A DNA stretch of 64,000 nucleotides from a candidate division WOR-3 bacterium (GCA_965649265.1 CBFGKC010000009.1:32001-96000); one strand, 5' to 3'; shown: positions 38,163-47,959, counted from the first letter of the stretch. Numbers and translations: made by a program. The notes: a model not told the origin generated them from the letters alone.

Positions 38163-40433
38163 ATGAGTTTCTTGATGATATTGTTCCTTCCGGGATTAGT
38201 GGAATGGACGGAAACAACCGCCCAGGATTTTTTAACAAATCTCGGACACGATCCGATGATGTACGTATCTCAGAGGGCAAACCTTGAGGAATCACCCGGT
38301 TGTGTTGAGTTCTTTGCGCGATTCGACGTTGATAACGACGGCTACTACGACGTACTTGCTTCTGACGAAGGCAGCGGAACAAAGTACTTAAGATTGTATA
38401 AAAGCTCACCCTCTGGATTTCTAGCCTCGGATTCCATCTACTACCCCATTCTTACAGGGGGAGGGGGTTGCGACCTTGCCGACCTATCCCTGGATGGTTA
38501 TGCTGAGTTGATCCATTCCGGTTACTCGGCCAGACGAATAACCATATACTGGAATGACGGAATTAACGGGCCGAATCCAAACGATACCACTCTTCTCACA
38601 CCACCGAACAATGCAGATCCTGAAACTGTCTACATCTATGATCTTGACAACGACACCTATCTCGACATTCTTGCGGCCGATGCCAGCACACACCAGCTTA
38701 TAGTTTTCTGGGGATTCCCGACCGGCAATCCTTTGCGACCGGTAGGTTACTCCAATTCGTCCGTCTCCTCATTCAATCAGGGCGGAGGAGAACATAATAT
38801 CGAGGTCGGAGATATCAACAGAGACGGATGGGGCGACATAATATCAGGCGCGGACAATACATCCCAAAACAACCACGTTTACTTCTGGGGACCTTACAGG
38901 ACTCCCGAAAACGTCATGGATATCGCGGGCGCCGGGGGTTCAAATCACGGAACCTCCATGGCGGATTTAAACAACGATGGCTGGCTTGATATCGTATTCA
39001 CACTTTCTTACGCCGGAGCCGGACAGTATGGAAGGGTTTATTTCTACGACCCGGAGCTGGAAACATACCCATCGACGGCCAGCATACTCCTGAAGCCCGG
39101 TTCTTGCTACGGCGGATCCGCCGTATGGGACTGGGGCGATAAAAAAGGCAATCCCAATCCTGACGGTCTTCTAGATATCATATTCTTCCGCGCCGACCCG
39201 AACAACAGGCGTCCGCCCGTCGTCTACTACAACCAGGGCGAAGAACCGTACTTCTGGGATTCCGACACCACGACAAAGAATCTCGGAAACTCCAACATAG
39301 TATGTTCCGGAGGCTTCGTGGCCGACTTCAACTACGACGGCTGGTGGGATATATATCTCAATGCCTACGTCAACCACAAGGCTTCATACGTTCTCTACGG
39401 TCCCGATTACCGCATCGAGGATGCCGATTCCGTCCCCGTTAATGCCGACCATCACGGAGTCTTCCGCGAGCCCGGAAACATATATAACCGCAAGTACACG
39501 GCGTGGTATGATTCGGATGTGTTCGACTGCGGCAAGGATTACGACGGAGCAAAGAATTGCGACGTTTCATACATTGCCAAAACACCAGGCTCATCCTCCA
39601 TCGAATTCTACTTGCGCTCCGGCCCCGATTCAATGCCTTCATCTGCATGGACAAGCTGGGACAAGGTGGAAAACGGCTACGGCGATCCTTATGCGCTGCG
39701 CTGGCGCTACGTTCAATACAGGGCCGAGTTCTGCTATCCCAAACCGGCCGATCTTCCCTGGCTTGAATACGTAAGCTTCAAGTTCAGCCCGCTGGATTTC
39801 AAGTTAAAGCTCTGGCCTGACAGCGTCAAGACCATATCCGGCGGCAACTACACCGATTACTTCCTGAAGCTTTTCTACAAGGGAGACGAGCATGATTCGT
39901 TCCACCTTAACGTTCGCGAAGACTTCATGAAGCCAGGATGGTGGGTTGAGTACTGGGACACCGCTTACACGGACACAATCCCGAGATACATCAAAATGAA
40001 GCCCATAATCCCCAGTGGTGACGACACCGCTTTCTATGCAAGGATCCACGCGCCGTCGGATGCACAAGTAGGCGACACCAACATAACCATCATACATGTC
40101 AAAACGAGGTATTGCTCCCGCGACATGAGGGATTCGGTAATCCTCGTGAGCAGCGTAATTTCTCCCGGTGTGGTGGAAACCCGACCGCTTCACACGCCGA
40201 TCCTTGAGATGCCAACAGCCGGGAAAACAGGCGTCATAAATTACATGCTGGCCGCCGGCGAAAAGGCAAAGCTTTCCGTTTATGATGCCTCCGGCCGTCT
40301 GGTATTCCAAAATGAGATTCGAGGCACCGGAAAACTTGACTGGGCAAATGCCTCTATTCCTTCAGGACTGTACTTCATAAGACTGGAACACGCTCAGGGT
40401 TCAATGGTAAGAAAAACAGTGCTGACAAGGTAA
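38163..40433 (+). CDS. Secreted FG-GAP/VCBS repeat protein with T9SS-type C-terminal domain (paralog)
   Basis: Colinear with the preceding gene (DPMMYVS, CYGGS, DHHGVFRE, RYVQYRAEF); ends VYDASGR...SGLYFIRL...RKTVLTR. Confidence 0.88.
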   Translation: MSFLMILFLPGLVEWTETTAQDFLTNLGHDPMMYVSQRANLEESPGCVEFFARFDVDNDGYYDVLASDEGSGTKYLRLYKSSPSGFLASDSIYYPILTGGGGCDLADLSLDGYAELIHSGYSARRITIYWNDGINGPNPNDTTLLTPPNNADPETVYIYDLDNDTYLDILAADASTHQLIVFWGFPTGNPLRPVGYSNSSVSSFNQGGGEHNIEVGDINRDGWGDIISGADNTSQNNHVYFWGPYRTPENVMDIAGAGGSNHGTSMADLNNDGWLDIVFTLSYAGAGQYGRVYFYDPELETYPSTASILLKPGSCYGGSAVWDWGDKKGNPNPDGLLDIIFFRADPNNRRPPVVYYNQGEEPYFWDSDTTTKNLGNSNIVCSGGFVADFNYDGWWDIYLNAYVNHKASYVLYGPDYRIEDADSVPVNADHHGVFREPGNIYNRKYTAWYDSDVFDCGKDYDGAKNCDVSYIAKTPGSSSIEFYLRSGPDSMPSSAWTSWDKVENGYGDPYALRWRYVQYRAEFCYPKPADLPWLEYVSFKFSPLDFKLKLWPDSVKTISGGNYTDYFLKLFYKGDEHDSFHLNVREDFMKPGWWVEYWDTAYTDTIPRYIKMKPIIPSGDDTAFYARIHAPSDAQVGDTNITIIHVKTRYCSRDMRDSVILVSSVISPGVVETRPLHTPILEMPTAGKTGVINYMLAAGEKAKLSVYDASGRLVFQNEIRGTGKLDWANASIPSGLYFIRLEHAQGSMVRKTVLTR

Positions 40434-40455
40434 TCACTGACACGCTTTGGATTTT

Positions 40456-40484
40456 TGAGAAACGCCCCCTGGGGGCGTTTCTCA
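40456..40484. terminator. Bidirectional terminator hairpin
   Basis: TGAGAAACGCCCCC-t-GGGGGCGTTTCTCA between convergent genes. Confidence 0.75.
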
Positions 40485-40808
40485 TTTGTACTGCTTGTAG
40501 ATGTACCAGTTCCTTCGACCGGCGCCGCGGTCGAGATATATCTCGAAGACTTCCCCTGAATCGGTATTTACGAGGTACACGTTGCGATGGCGACGCATCA
40601 GCCAGGTGCGGCGTTTGGGCGAGGCCTCGGAGAAGCCGTGATCCTGCCAGCTCCTGACGATCTCGGTAATTATATAGTTTTGATGGCGCCACTTGAAGCT
40701 CAAGGGCGTCGGATCTTCGTCGGAGCAGACCACCTCTATCCTCTCCCCTATGAACCTTCCTCGTGAATCGGAATCACCTTTCGGCGTCTTCGACTCGCTC
40801 ATTCTCAA
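40482..40808 (-). CDS. DUF6504-like small cytoplasmic protein
   Basis: PLSFKWR..YIITEIVRSWQDHGF...RRHRNVYLV.T..GEVFEIYLDRG...W. Confidence 0.75.
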   Translation of the reverse strand: MRMSESKTPKGDSDSRGRFIGERIEVVCSDEDPTPLSFKWRHQNYIITEIVRSWQDHGFSEASPKRRTWLMRRHRNVYLVNTDSGEVFEIYLDRGAGRRNWYIYKQYK

Positions 40809-40848
40809 ATACCATTCAGAAAAGAGGCGGTCTTGACCAGTGTGGCAC

Positions 40849-41277
40849 AGCCCTCCTCAGAAACCCTGCTTGGAATCGATCTCCCGATTTCTTCCAAGTC
40901 GAAAAAGGAGCCAGGGAGGGTGTGTTACGGGTGTTATTTCCTTTTGATAAAGCTGCATATAAAAATCCCCGAAGGGGACGGGTGTTGCGGGAGCCCTCCT
41001 CAGAAGCCTTGCTTGGAATCGATCTCCCAATTTCTTCCGAGTCAGCAAAAGGAGCCAGGGAGGGTGTGTTACGGGTGTTGCGGGAGCCCCCCTCAGAAGC
41101 CTTGCTTGGAATCGATCTCCCAATTTCTTCCGAGTCAGCAAAGGAGCCAGGGAGGGTGTGTTACGGGTGTTGCTTCCTTTGGGTCTTTGCTGCAGATGGA
41201 AGTGACCTATGGAATGAAAGCTCACTCCAAGGGTCAGACCCTGCCCCGAAGGGGTACGGGTGTTGCGGGTTACGGGT
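40849..41277. repeat. Composite repeat locus: three roughly 88-bp units plus cassette copies
   Basis: AGCCCYCCTCAGAA..TGCTTGGAATCGATCTCCC..TTTCTTCC..AAGGAGCCAGGGAGGGTGTGTTACGGGTGTT at about 40849, 40992 and 41085. Confidence 0.95.
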
Positions 41278-41755
41278 ATTCTGCCCAGAGTGTGCGCCAT
41301 GTCTTGAGATCTGAGGTGTCGGGCACCTTGAGAAGAGCCATGCCTTCGAGATGACCGTCGTCCATTCTGATGAAAAGAATATCTTCTCCGAGAAAGATCA
41401 CGTCATCGGACGAGCGGACGCTCCATTTGCCGCCCACCGCGGTGCCTAGGGAGATGACTTCGTTGAGAGTGTCCGGATTGAGTATTCTGCGCAGGATAGC
41501 GGTATAAGCCGGGGAAATGTCTTTTGCCTTGCTCATCTGTGCCTTCAGGGAATCTATCCTGGTCTCGAGACTCTTTATCTCCCGGGTTTTGGATTGAATC
41601 TCGTCCTCGAGATTCTTGCCTGCCACCGGGCCAAGGAAGTAGAATCCTGCTACGCCTATGCCCAGGCCGACGATAAAGGTTATTGCCCCTAATAGTACCT
41701 TTGAGAAACCGCCTGATTTGGATGTTCGAGATTCAGTTGGTTGTTCGTTCATCAT
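41270..41755 (-). CDS. Hypothetical membrane-anchored coiled-coil protein
   Basis: TM helix, coiled coil, globular C-terminus (GTAVGGKW..DDGH); GGAGG RBS. The stop codon lies inside a CCCGTAA repeat. Confidence 0.75.
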   Translation of the reverse strand: MMNEQPTESRTSKSGGFSKVLLGAITFIVGLGIGVAGFYFLGPVAGKNLEDEIQSKTREIKSLETRIDSLKAQMSKAKDISPAYTAILRRILNPDTLNEVISLGTAVGGKWSVRSSDDVIFLGEDILFIRMDDGHLEGMALLKVPDTSDLKTWRTLWAEYP

Positions 41756-41761
41756 TCCTCC

Positions 41762-42979
41762 TTAGAACGATTCCAGACCCCAGTAGGTTCTTTGCGGCCT
41801 GGACGTGCTGATAATTCCAAAAGTGAAAGGATCGGCCCATTGTAAACGGGATGTGCCCAGAAGCGTCTCCTGCCTGGGTTTTGATTTATTGTCCGAATCC
41901 GAGTAGATTAAAGTGAAAGACGCGTAGGCCGGTGAATATTCATATCCGAATTCGGACCACGGTATAGCAAGCTCGATATTTACGCCCTTCTGGGTCTTTG
42001 AAAACCCGGCCTTCACAAAAACTCGTGGATCTGAGTTCTCGGGCAGCCAGCGCTCGAGCATGGGTTTTGCAGCCGTTATCTCGGCCAGGGCAATCTGCGA
42101 AACGTATGGATCCTTGATCCTGTTCCATTCTTCAGGGTAATAATCATTCTCCTCCCGCGCCAGCGTGGTGAGCTTGTCAATCCAGAGTTCAAGGTGATCC
42201 GAGGTCATCAAATCCTCTGCTTTCGAGGGTTTGATGTATGAATCATCGGTTATCTCGACGAAAAGGTAGAGACAGTCATCGTCATACAGAGACCGGACGG
42301 ACATCCATGCATCACCCTCCCCCTCCCAGGAATTCCTGCCGTAGGTTATCCAGCAGGTATCGAGTACCCTAGCGTTTTTCCAGGCATCCTCGTCGTACGC
42401 GCCGTCAAGAATGACCACGCCGCCGGCTCTGTCGGCGTAAATCGTGGCATATTCGGCGCTGACCTCCACGTCGTCCCAGATTTTCTCCACGTGACCTATA
42501 CCGGTTTCGAAATCGAACGACGTGGCCGAGCCAAGCCCTGCGATTCCTCCGGAACCGTTCGCGCAGGTGTAGAATTGACGCTTCTCCGCATCCCAGCTAA
42601 GATCCCACTCGTTCCACTGGTTCATTACGCCGCGGTGCTGGAATATGATGAGCGTGCCCTCGTTGAACTCTATCTCGACGTGCGTTCCGTAGTCCGATTC
42701 GTCGGGAAGAAGCTGATCTACCACGCGCTCGAGGCCCTTCTTGCCGCCAAGAAGAACAAGCACCCTGTTGGTCATGTTCTCGATTTCACCGAGTTCGGGG
42801 TCAACCTTGTAGTAACAGAGCGCCGCATCCTCCAGGCCGTCGGAGTTGAAGTCGCCCGTGGCAACGCTCTCCTCGTCAACGCTCCAGCCCTTGGGAACAT
42901 GCCGTTGTGCGTCTTTGACTATATCGGCTGAAACAGCGGTTGCGGCAAGCGCCGCGAAAAGTATGAACAATTTTTTCAA
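41762..42979 (-). CDS. Exported protein with C-terminal CBM9/DOMON-like sugar-binding domain
   Basis: Signal peptide from a TTG after GGAGG; GDFNSDGLED; ILDG..DE..W, YDDDCLYLFVEITDD, DHLELWID, IELAIPW. Confidence 0.75.
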   Translation of the reverse strand: MKKLFILFAALAATAVSADIVKDAQRHVPKGWSVDEESVATGDFNSDGLEDAALCYYKVDPELGEIENMTNRVLVLLGGKKGLERVVDQLLPDESDYGTHVEIEFNEGTLIIFQHRGVMNQWNEWDLSWDAEKRQFYTCANGSGGIAGLGSATSFDFETGIGHVEKIWDDVEVSAEYATIYADRAGGVVILDGAYDEDAWKNARVLDTCWITYGRNSWEGEGDAWMSVRSLYDDDCLYLFVEITDDSYIKPSKAEDLMTSDHLELWIDKLTTLAREENDYYPEEWNRIKDPYVSQIALAEITAAKPMLERWLPENSDPRVFVKAGFSKTQKGVNIELAIPWSEFGYEYSPAYASFTLIYSDSDNKSKPRQETLLGTSRLQWADPFTFGIISTSRPQRTYWGLESF

Positions 42980-43099
42980 CTTAATTCCTCCATACGTGTA
43001 ATCGGAATAATATTGTGGATTTGCATTTTTGCAAGCTTCTTGAACGTGGACGCTTGACAAATGCTATTTAAGGGCTTATTCTTTTACAAAGGAGGCAGC

Positions 43100-43636
43100 G
43101 TGAAAAAAATCATTATCTCCCTTGCGATAATTTTATCGGCGGCGTGCGGAAAGGAGAGCAAGGTTGCAGATACCTGGCTCAGCCTTGATAACTATTCGAT
43201 AGACATCAATGCGGATTCCACAACGACCGAGGTGAAGGTCCCCCCCTCCGTGCGCGTGACCGCGGACGACACACTCTTCAAGGGCACTCTTAAGCTCACC
43301 CTTCGCTACCCGAAGGCCGACAAGCGCGCAGACCTTGGATTGATAAGCATCTTCTCACAAACCGAGACGAAGGTTGACCTGCCGAAGGCGAAGTTCGACG
43401 TCTCGTACCTTTTGCTCGATACGTTGATCGAGGACAAGGGATTCGATAACCCCCTCATCGAGAAAGGAGCCTGGGCAGGCGGCTGGCTGTATACCCTCAA
43501 TCCCGGCCAGGAAGTTAAACTCAAGATTGAGGGCGCCGGCCGGGCAAAGCTCGTGGTCGTGCGAACGAGGATTTACGCGGAGGACGGCAAGACGCTCCTG
43601 GCAAGGTACCTGCACGGGTTCGAGATAGGAGAGTGA
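43100..43636 (+). CDS. Hypothetical lipoprotein
   Basis: GGAGG RBS, GTG start, KKIIISLAIILSAAC lipobox. Confidence 0.75.
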   Translation: MKKIIISLAIILSAACGKESKVADTWLSLDNYSIDINADSTTTEVKVPPSVRVTADDTLFKGTLKLTLRYPKADKRADLGLISIFSQTETKVDLPKAKFDVSYLLLDTLIEDKGFDNPLIEKGAWAGGWLYTLNPGQEVKLKIEGAGRAKLVVVRTRIYAEDGKTLLARYLHGFEIGE

Positions 43637-44493
43637 TGGTAGTTGAAGAAAGAAGCTTCATACCTATAGGAAACACTCTTAAAGAAATATACGAAGAAAT
43701 TGCCAAACATTTTTCCTTTCCTAACGAAGTCTTTGAAGAGTTTCTAGAAGCGTCGTTAGATACTGCTTTCATCACGTATCTTTCTGTATTCCATTTAATT
43801 ACACCTAACGCAAGTTATGTGTTACAAGCTAATTTGTTGACAAGGTTTTTGATGGAAATTCTTTTTAACCTCGTCTTCATTATTCAAGACCCTGAAAGAA
43901 GAATAGAATGGTTCGGAAAAGTTCAATTCAAGAACATTACTGAAGAACTACTTCTTACAGAAAGGAAGTGGTTTGATGCCACCCCAGAAAGTAAAAAAAG
44001 TTTGGAGGAGTTGAAAGAAAATCAAGCCTACTTGGTGACAACTTTTCACGTTACACCAGAGGAACAACAAAACTTGCGTAAAATAGATATGTGGCCTACT
44101 CCATACAAAATGCTTAAAGAAAGCGAACGGAAGAAATACTGGCAAGGAAAAACTGAAAAAGACTTGGAATTTCTTCTATTCATTCTTCATCATTTATACG
44201 GTCAAGTCTCTGAACTAACACATGGACAAGTTGGTGCATTATCCTATGTGATAAGAATTAAACATTTTCCTTTAAGCGAACAGGAAAAAGCAAGCACCAT
44301 GACTACGCCTTGCATGGAAAGTGCGGTTTTCCTACTTTCAATTATGTCTGAGATAGCTTCAATCAAAAAGATAAACATCAATAATCAATTACAGAAAGCT
44401 TGGCTTCTACTAAGTGGATACCGGAACGACATTGACGAACTCATAGAACTTCGGTACAACCATTTCGTCGAAAACTCTACCGAGCCAACCTAA
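43633..44493 (+). CDS. DUF5677-like hypothetical protein, AT-rich
   Basis: LTRFLME and Y..VSELTHG motifs; visibly lower GC than its neighbours. Confidence 0.65.
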   Translation: MMVVEERSFIPIGNTLKEIYEEIAKHFSFPNEVFEEFLEASLDTAFITYLSVFHLITPNASYVLQANLLTRFLMEILFNLVFIIQDPERRIEWFGKVQFKNITEELLLTERKWFDATPESKKSLEELKENQAYLVTTFHVTPEEQQNLRKIDMWPTPYKMLKESERKKYWQGKTEKDLEFLLFILHHLYGQVSELTHGQVGALSYVIRIKHFPLSEQEKASTMTTPCMESAVFLLSIMSEIASIKKININNQLQKAWLLLSGYRNDIDELIELRYNHFVENSTEPT

Positions 44494-44511
44494 GGGTCAA
44501 CCCCTACGACG

Positions 44512-44602
44512 CCCTCACCCTACCCTCTCCCAAAGGTAGAGGGATTCCCTTTTCCTCGCCCTTCGGGAGAGGATGACGCTCTGGGAGAGCGTTAGGTGAG
44601 GG
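44512..44602. repeat. REP-like palindromic element of the CCCTCACCC...CCCTCTCCC...GAGGG type
   Basis: CCCTCACCCTACCCTCTCCCAAAGGTAGAGGG followed by an inverted partner ending TAGGTGAGGG. Confidence 0.7.
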
Positions 44603-44615
44603 AATCTCTTCGATC

Positions 44616-44649
44616 AAATTTGAGGCCGCCTTTCGGCGGCCTCAAATTT
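44616..44649. terminator. Bidirectional terminator hairpin
   Basis: AAATTTGAGGCCGCC-tttc-GGCGGCCTCAAATTT. Confidence 0.75.
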
Positions 44650-44688
44650 CGTGCAATCTTTTCGCGGCAAGCGAAAAGGAACATCTCC

Positions 44689-46188
44689 CTATTTGTTATG
44701 CTCCTTCTCGAAAGGGCATCCGCCGCAGCCTGTTGGCGATGGGTTTTCCTTGCAACCTGAGGAGGGAGGTGAGGAAGGCTTTTCGTGTTCACAGCCTTCA
44801 GGGATGTGCTTACCCTGCACCCACTTTATAAGAGCGGGAATAAAGCAAGGCGTGAACTCCTTCGGAAGGGTCGCGTATTCGCTTATTGCCCCGGTTATCG
44901 CGGACTGGAAAAGATGATTGGCCTGGCAGCAAACCTTGATTGTGTAGTTGGTCTTGCCTGCGTCTCTGAAGGTTTCGACGAGCGCTACTGAATCCATCTC
45001 GGCTGGAACCTGCAAATCGTACCTGCCGTAAAGCGCAAGCACACGCGCGCGAATCTTTGCAAGATCGGGCCTCGGGTCGTAGTCGAGGAAGAACCGGAAC
45101 CACGGCGATTCGAGCACCTTGATTTGCGCGTCCATCTGCTTGTCCACGAATGCGTTCACGTTGCCGAACTGCTTGCGCTCCTTGGGGGGCATCGCCTTGA
45201 TTTCGGCAATCAGTTCCTTGCGGATTTCGGCCTCAAGCTTCTGGTCAATGCCTTCGGGAGTTCGCAGCGCCGCGTAGATGCGCTTCTGGAGTTCTGCGGC
45301 TTTCTTGATTTTTTCTTCAGGAACAGCCTGTGATTTCATAATGAGCTCCTGCTGCGCCAGAAGTATCTCTTCGCCCGGAACCGCCGGCCCCGCCATGAGA
45401 ATGACGAACGATATCGTGGGATTTTCTTTGGCGACCATCGCGGCAATCAGTCCGCCCTCGCTGTGACCGAGGATACCGACCTTCTTGGTGTCCACTTCAG
45501 GTCGCGCCATGAGGAAGGCGAGCTGGGCTCTTGCGTCTTCGGCGAAATCGCTGGTGGTGACGCTGTCCAGAGAACCTGTGGATTTCGCGAAACCGCGGTC
45601 ATCGCATCTTAATACGACTATCCCGTGGCGCGTGAGGGAGTCGGCGATTATCCCGAATATCTTGAAACCGAAGACCTCTTCGTTGCGATCCTGCGCTCCG
45701 CTTCCGGTTATAAGGACCACTGCGGGGTGTTTGAGAGTGTCAGGCGGGAGGGTGAGGGTCCCGGCAAGCGTAACCTGGTCGTTAACCTTGATAGAGACCT
45801 CTTCCTCTCTGTAGGGAGGGGGGGTGGGTGCTTCTTCCTTGACGCGCACGAGGTAGAAGGTGCCCCTGGCTGGTCCCTGCTTGAAGGGACCCTTGATGCT
45901 GTCGCCCGCCAGTTCGGCATCGCCGAAAACGGCGGTAGTCGCACCGGCGTTTAGCTCGAAGTACGCTTTGTTATCTTTGAAGGAGATATTCTGCAAAGCG
46001 AGTCCCTTTGCGTTCTGCTGCGGGATGTCGATTGTACCGGTGAATTTGTCACCGGATTTTTGAATATTGACGAGCATTCCGAGTTCCACGGATTGAATCT
46101 TGATGGCCCCTTGCCAGGCTCCCTCGATTGACGACTGGGCAAACACTGTTGCCGCAAGGCATGTAAGAACTGCAATCATTTTACGCAT
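44689..46188 (-). CDS. Exported alpha/beta hydrolase (S9/esterase-like)
   Basis: Signal peptide, LAGTLTLP, TGSGAQDRNE, DDRG, GHSEGG nucleophile, DLQV, NHLFQ; Cys-rich tail. Confidence 0.9.
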   Translation of the reverse strand: MRKMIAVLTCLAATVFAQSSIEGAWQGAIKIQSVELGMLVNIQKSGDKFTGTIDIPQQNAKGLALQNISFKDNKAYFELNAGATTAVFGDAELAGDSIKGPFKQGPARGTFYLVRVKEEAPTPPPYREEEVSIKVNDQVTLAGTLTLPPDTLKHPAVVLITGSGAQDRNEEVFGFKIFGIIADSLTRHGIVVLRCDDRGFAKSTGSLDSVTTSDFAEDARAQLAFLMARPEVDTKKVGILGHSEGGLIAAMVAKENPTISFVILMAGPAVPGEEILLAQQELIMKSQAVPEEKIKKAAELQKRIYAALRTPEGIDQKLEAEIRKELIAEIKAMPPKERKQFGNVNAFVDKQMDAQIKVLESPWFRFFLDYDPRPDLAKIRARVLALYGRYDLQVPAEMDSVALVETFRDAGKTNYTIKVCCQANHLFQSAITGAISEYATLPKEFTPCFIPALIKWVQGKHIPEGCEHEKPSSPPSSGCKENPSPTGCGGCPFEKEHNK

Positions 46189-46278
46189 TGAATATCCTCC
46201 GTTTGTTGGATTCATTTACATCTTTTGCTTGAGTATACTCATTATTACGAGACACTCAACATTTTATATTATCAACAG

Positions 46279-46302
46279 AAAGGCCGGCTCCAGCCGGCCT
46301 TT
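46279..46302 (-). terminator. Terminator of rnfEAB
   Basis: AAAGGCCGGCT-cc-AGCCGGCCTTT. Confidence 0.7.
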
Positions 46303-46325
46303 GAAATTTCACGAGCTGATGGTTA

Positions 46326-47336
46326 TCAGACGACTGCTTTCGCACCCGCCTTTGAGGGAACGAAGCAGGCCTTTGTGGGACAAGCCTTGATGCATTCCTC
46401 GCAGCCCACGCAGTTGGCTTCGACGACCTTGTGGATCGCTCCAGCCTCGCCCTCTATGGCTTTGAACTTGCAGACCTCGAAGCACTTGTGATGCCCCTTG
46501 CATTTTGCGACATCTATCTCGGTCTTCGGCCTGGGTGCGGCAAAGTCGACATACGCGCTCTTCGTCGGACACTTCTGGTAACATATTCCGCAGTCGACGC
46601 ACTTTTCTAGATTCATGACCGGCAGGTTGTTGACCATCTCGAGCGCGCCGTAAGGACACATTTTGACGCAGATCGAACAGGCATGACAGCCTATCTTGCA
46701 AACGTCGCGAACGGCCTTGCCCTTGTCGGCGGAATTGCACGCAAGAAAGACCTGCTTGGAAAGTGGTACGAGTCTTAGGACGCTCTTCGGACAAGTTTTA
46801 ACGCAGATTCCGCAAGCGGTACACTTTTCGCGGTCGACTACGGGAAGACCTTTCGGCCCCATGTGAATGGCGTCGAACGGACAAACCGTCGTGCAGTCGC
46901 CGAAACCGAGGCAGCCGTAAGCGCACGCCTTTGTGCCTCCGCCCACAAGATTGGCCGCGCGGCAGGTGGGAATTCCCTTGTAATCGGCGGACTGGGCTAC
47001 TATGTCGGAGCCGCCCTGACAAAGAAGGAATGCAACCCTGGGCTCTCCGCCTTCGACCTCGACACCCATTATCTTGCCTATCTTTTCGGCAACGGATGCA
47101 CCGCCGACAGGGCAGGCGTCTGGAGGAGCGTCACCCCTTGCCACGGCCGCCGCGTAGGCGTCGCAGCCCGGATAAGAGCAGCCGCCGCAGTTGGCTCCGG
47201 GAAGAACCGAGCGAACCTTCGCCTCAAGCGGGTTAGGCTGGACAAGAAAAACCCTGTTGGCAAGAATTAACATAAGCACGAGCAGCACGCCGAGCCCGCC
47301 CATCACCGCCGCAGCTATCCAGAGAATCGTAATCAT
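46326..47336 (-). CDS. rnfB: Rnf complex subunit B (polyferredoxin type)
   Basis: N-terminal TM helix, LPGANCGGCSYPGC, CPVGG, CAYGCLGFGDC..VCPFDAI, additional CxxCxxCxxxCP motifs. Confidence 0.95.
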   Translation of the reverse strand: MITILWIAAAVMGGLGVLLVLMLILANRVFLVQPNPLEAKVRSVLPGANCGGCSYPGCDAYAAAVARGDAPPDACPVGGASVAEKIGKIMGVEVEGGEPRVAFLLCQGGSDIVAQSADYKGIPTCRAANLVGGGTKACAYGCLGFGDCTTVCPFDAIHMGPKGLPVVDREKCTACGICVKTCPKSVLRLVPLSKQVFLACNSADKGKAVRDVCKIGCHACSICVKMCPYGALEMVNNLPVMNLEKCVDCGICYQKCPTKSAYVDFAAPRPKTEIDVAKCKGHHKCFEVCKFKAIEGEAGAIHKVVEANCVGCEECIKACPTKACFVPSKAGAKAVV

Positions 47337-47339
47337 GAT

Positions 47340-47957
47340 TTAAATCCCGAAAAGGTTGGCAAAGCCGAAGAAAGCCAGCGACACGAGCGAAGCAGCGATG
47401 AACGCTATCGGATATCCCTTGAAAGATTTGGATATCGGTGCAAGTTCAAGGCGCTCGCGCAGTGCAGCAAAAAGAATCATAACGAGCCCAAAACCCAATC
47501 CCGTGCCTACGGCGAAAACGGTTCCCTGAATGAAGGTGAAGCTGCTGTCAATCACGATAAAGGCCACACCGAGAATGGTGCAGTTCGTGGTAATAAGGGG
47601 GAGGTAGATGCCTAGCGCCGAGTAAAGAACAGGCACGTACTTCTTTAAAAACATCTCCAGAAGCTGAACCAGCGCCGCTATGACAAGAATGAAGCTCAGG
47701 GTCCGAAGGAACACGAGCCCTCCGGGAAGCAGACTCCCGAGGAGCAGCGAGTGTGGAGCGAGCGCAAGATAATAGATTCCCCAGGTTATCCAGGTCGCCA
47801 TGACCATTACGAAAAGAACTCCCCCGCTCATGCCCACGGCGGTCGAGAGCCTTGTGGATACACCGAAGAACGGGCAGAACCCGAGGAAGCGGATGAGGAC
47901 GATGTTGTTTACGAATATCGCACCTATGAGGATTGCAATCAAAGAACCGGGTGCCAT
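47340..47957 (-). CDS. rnfA: Rnf complex subunit A
   Basis: NNIVLIRFLGFCPF, FILVIAALVQ, LGIYLPLITTNC, LRERL. Confidence 0.96.
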   Translation of the reverse strand: MAPGSLIAILIGAIFVNNIVLIRFLGFCPFFGVSTRLSTAVGMSGGVLFVMVMATWITWGIYYLALAPHSLLLGSLLPGGLVFLRTLSFILVIAALVQLLEMFLKKYVPVLYSALGIYLPLITTNCTILGVAFIVIDSSFTFIQGTVFAVGTGLGFGLVMILFAALRERLELAPISKSFKGYPIAFIAASLVSLAFFGFANLFGI

Positions 47958-47959
47958 AT

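Noticed and set aside
35816-40433. Diversity-generating retroelement between the FG-GAP paralogs
   Set aside because: No reverse transcriptase in the window, and divergence is spread across the genes rather than confined to adenine positions of a near-identical TR/VR pair.
40849-41277. CRISPR array
   Set aside because: Units are about 88 bp and nearly identical throughout, with no unique spacers of regular length and no cas genes in the window.
40763-41354. ORFs 40763..41314, 40833..41354 and 40857..41300 as real proteins
   Set aside because: They are translations of the repeat array, lack an RBS and overlap neighbouring genes.
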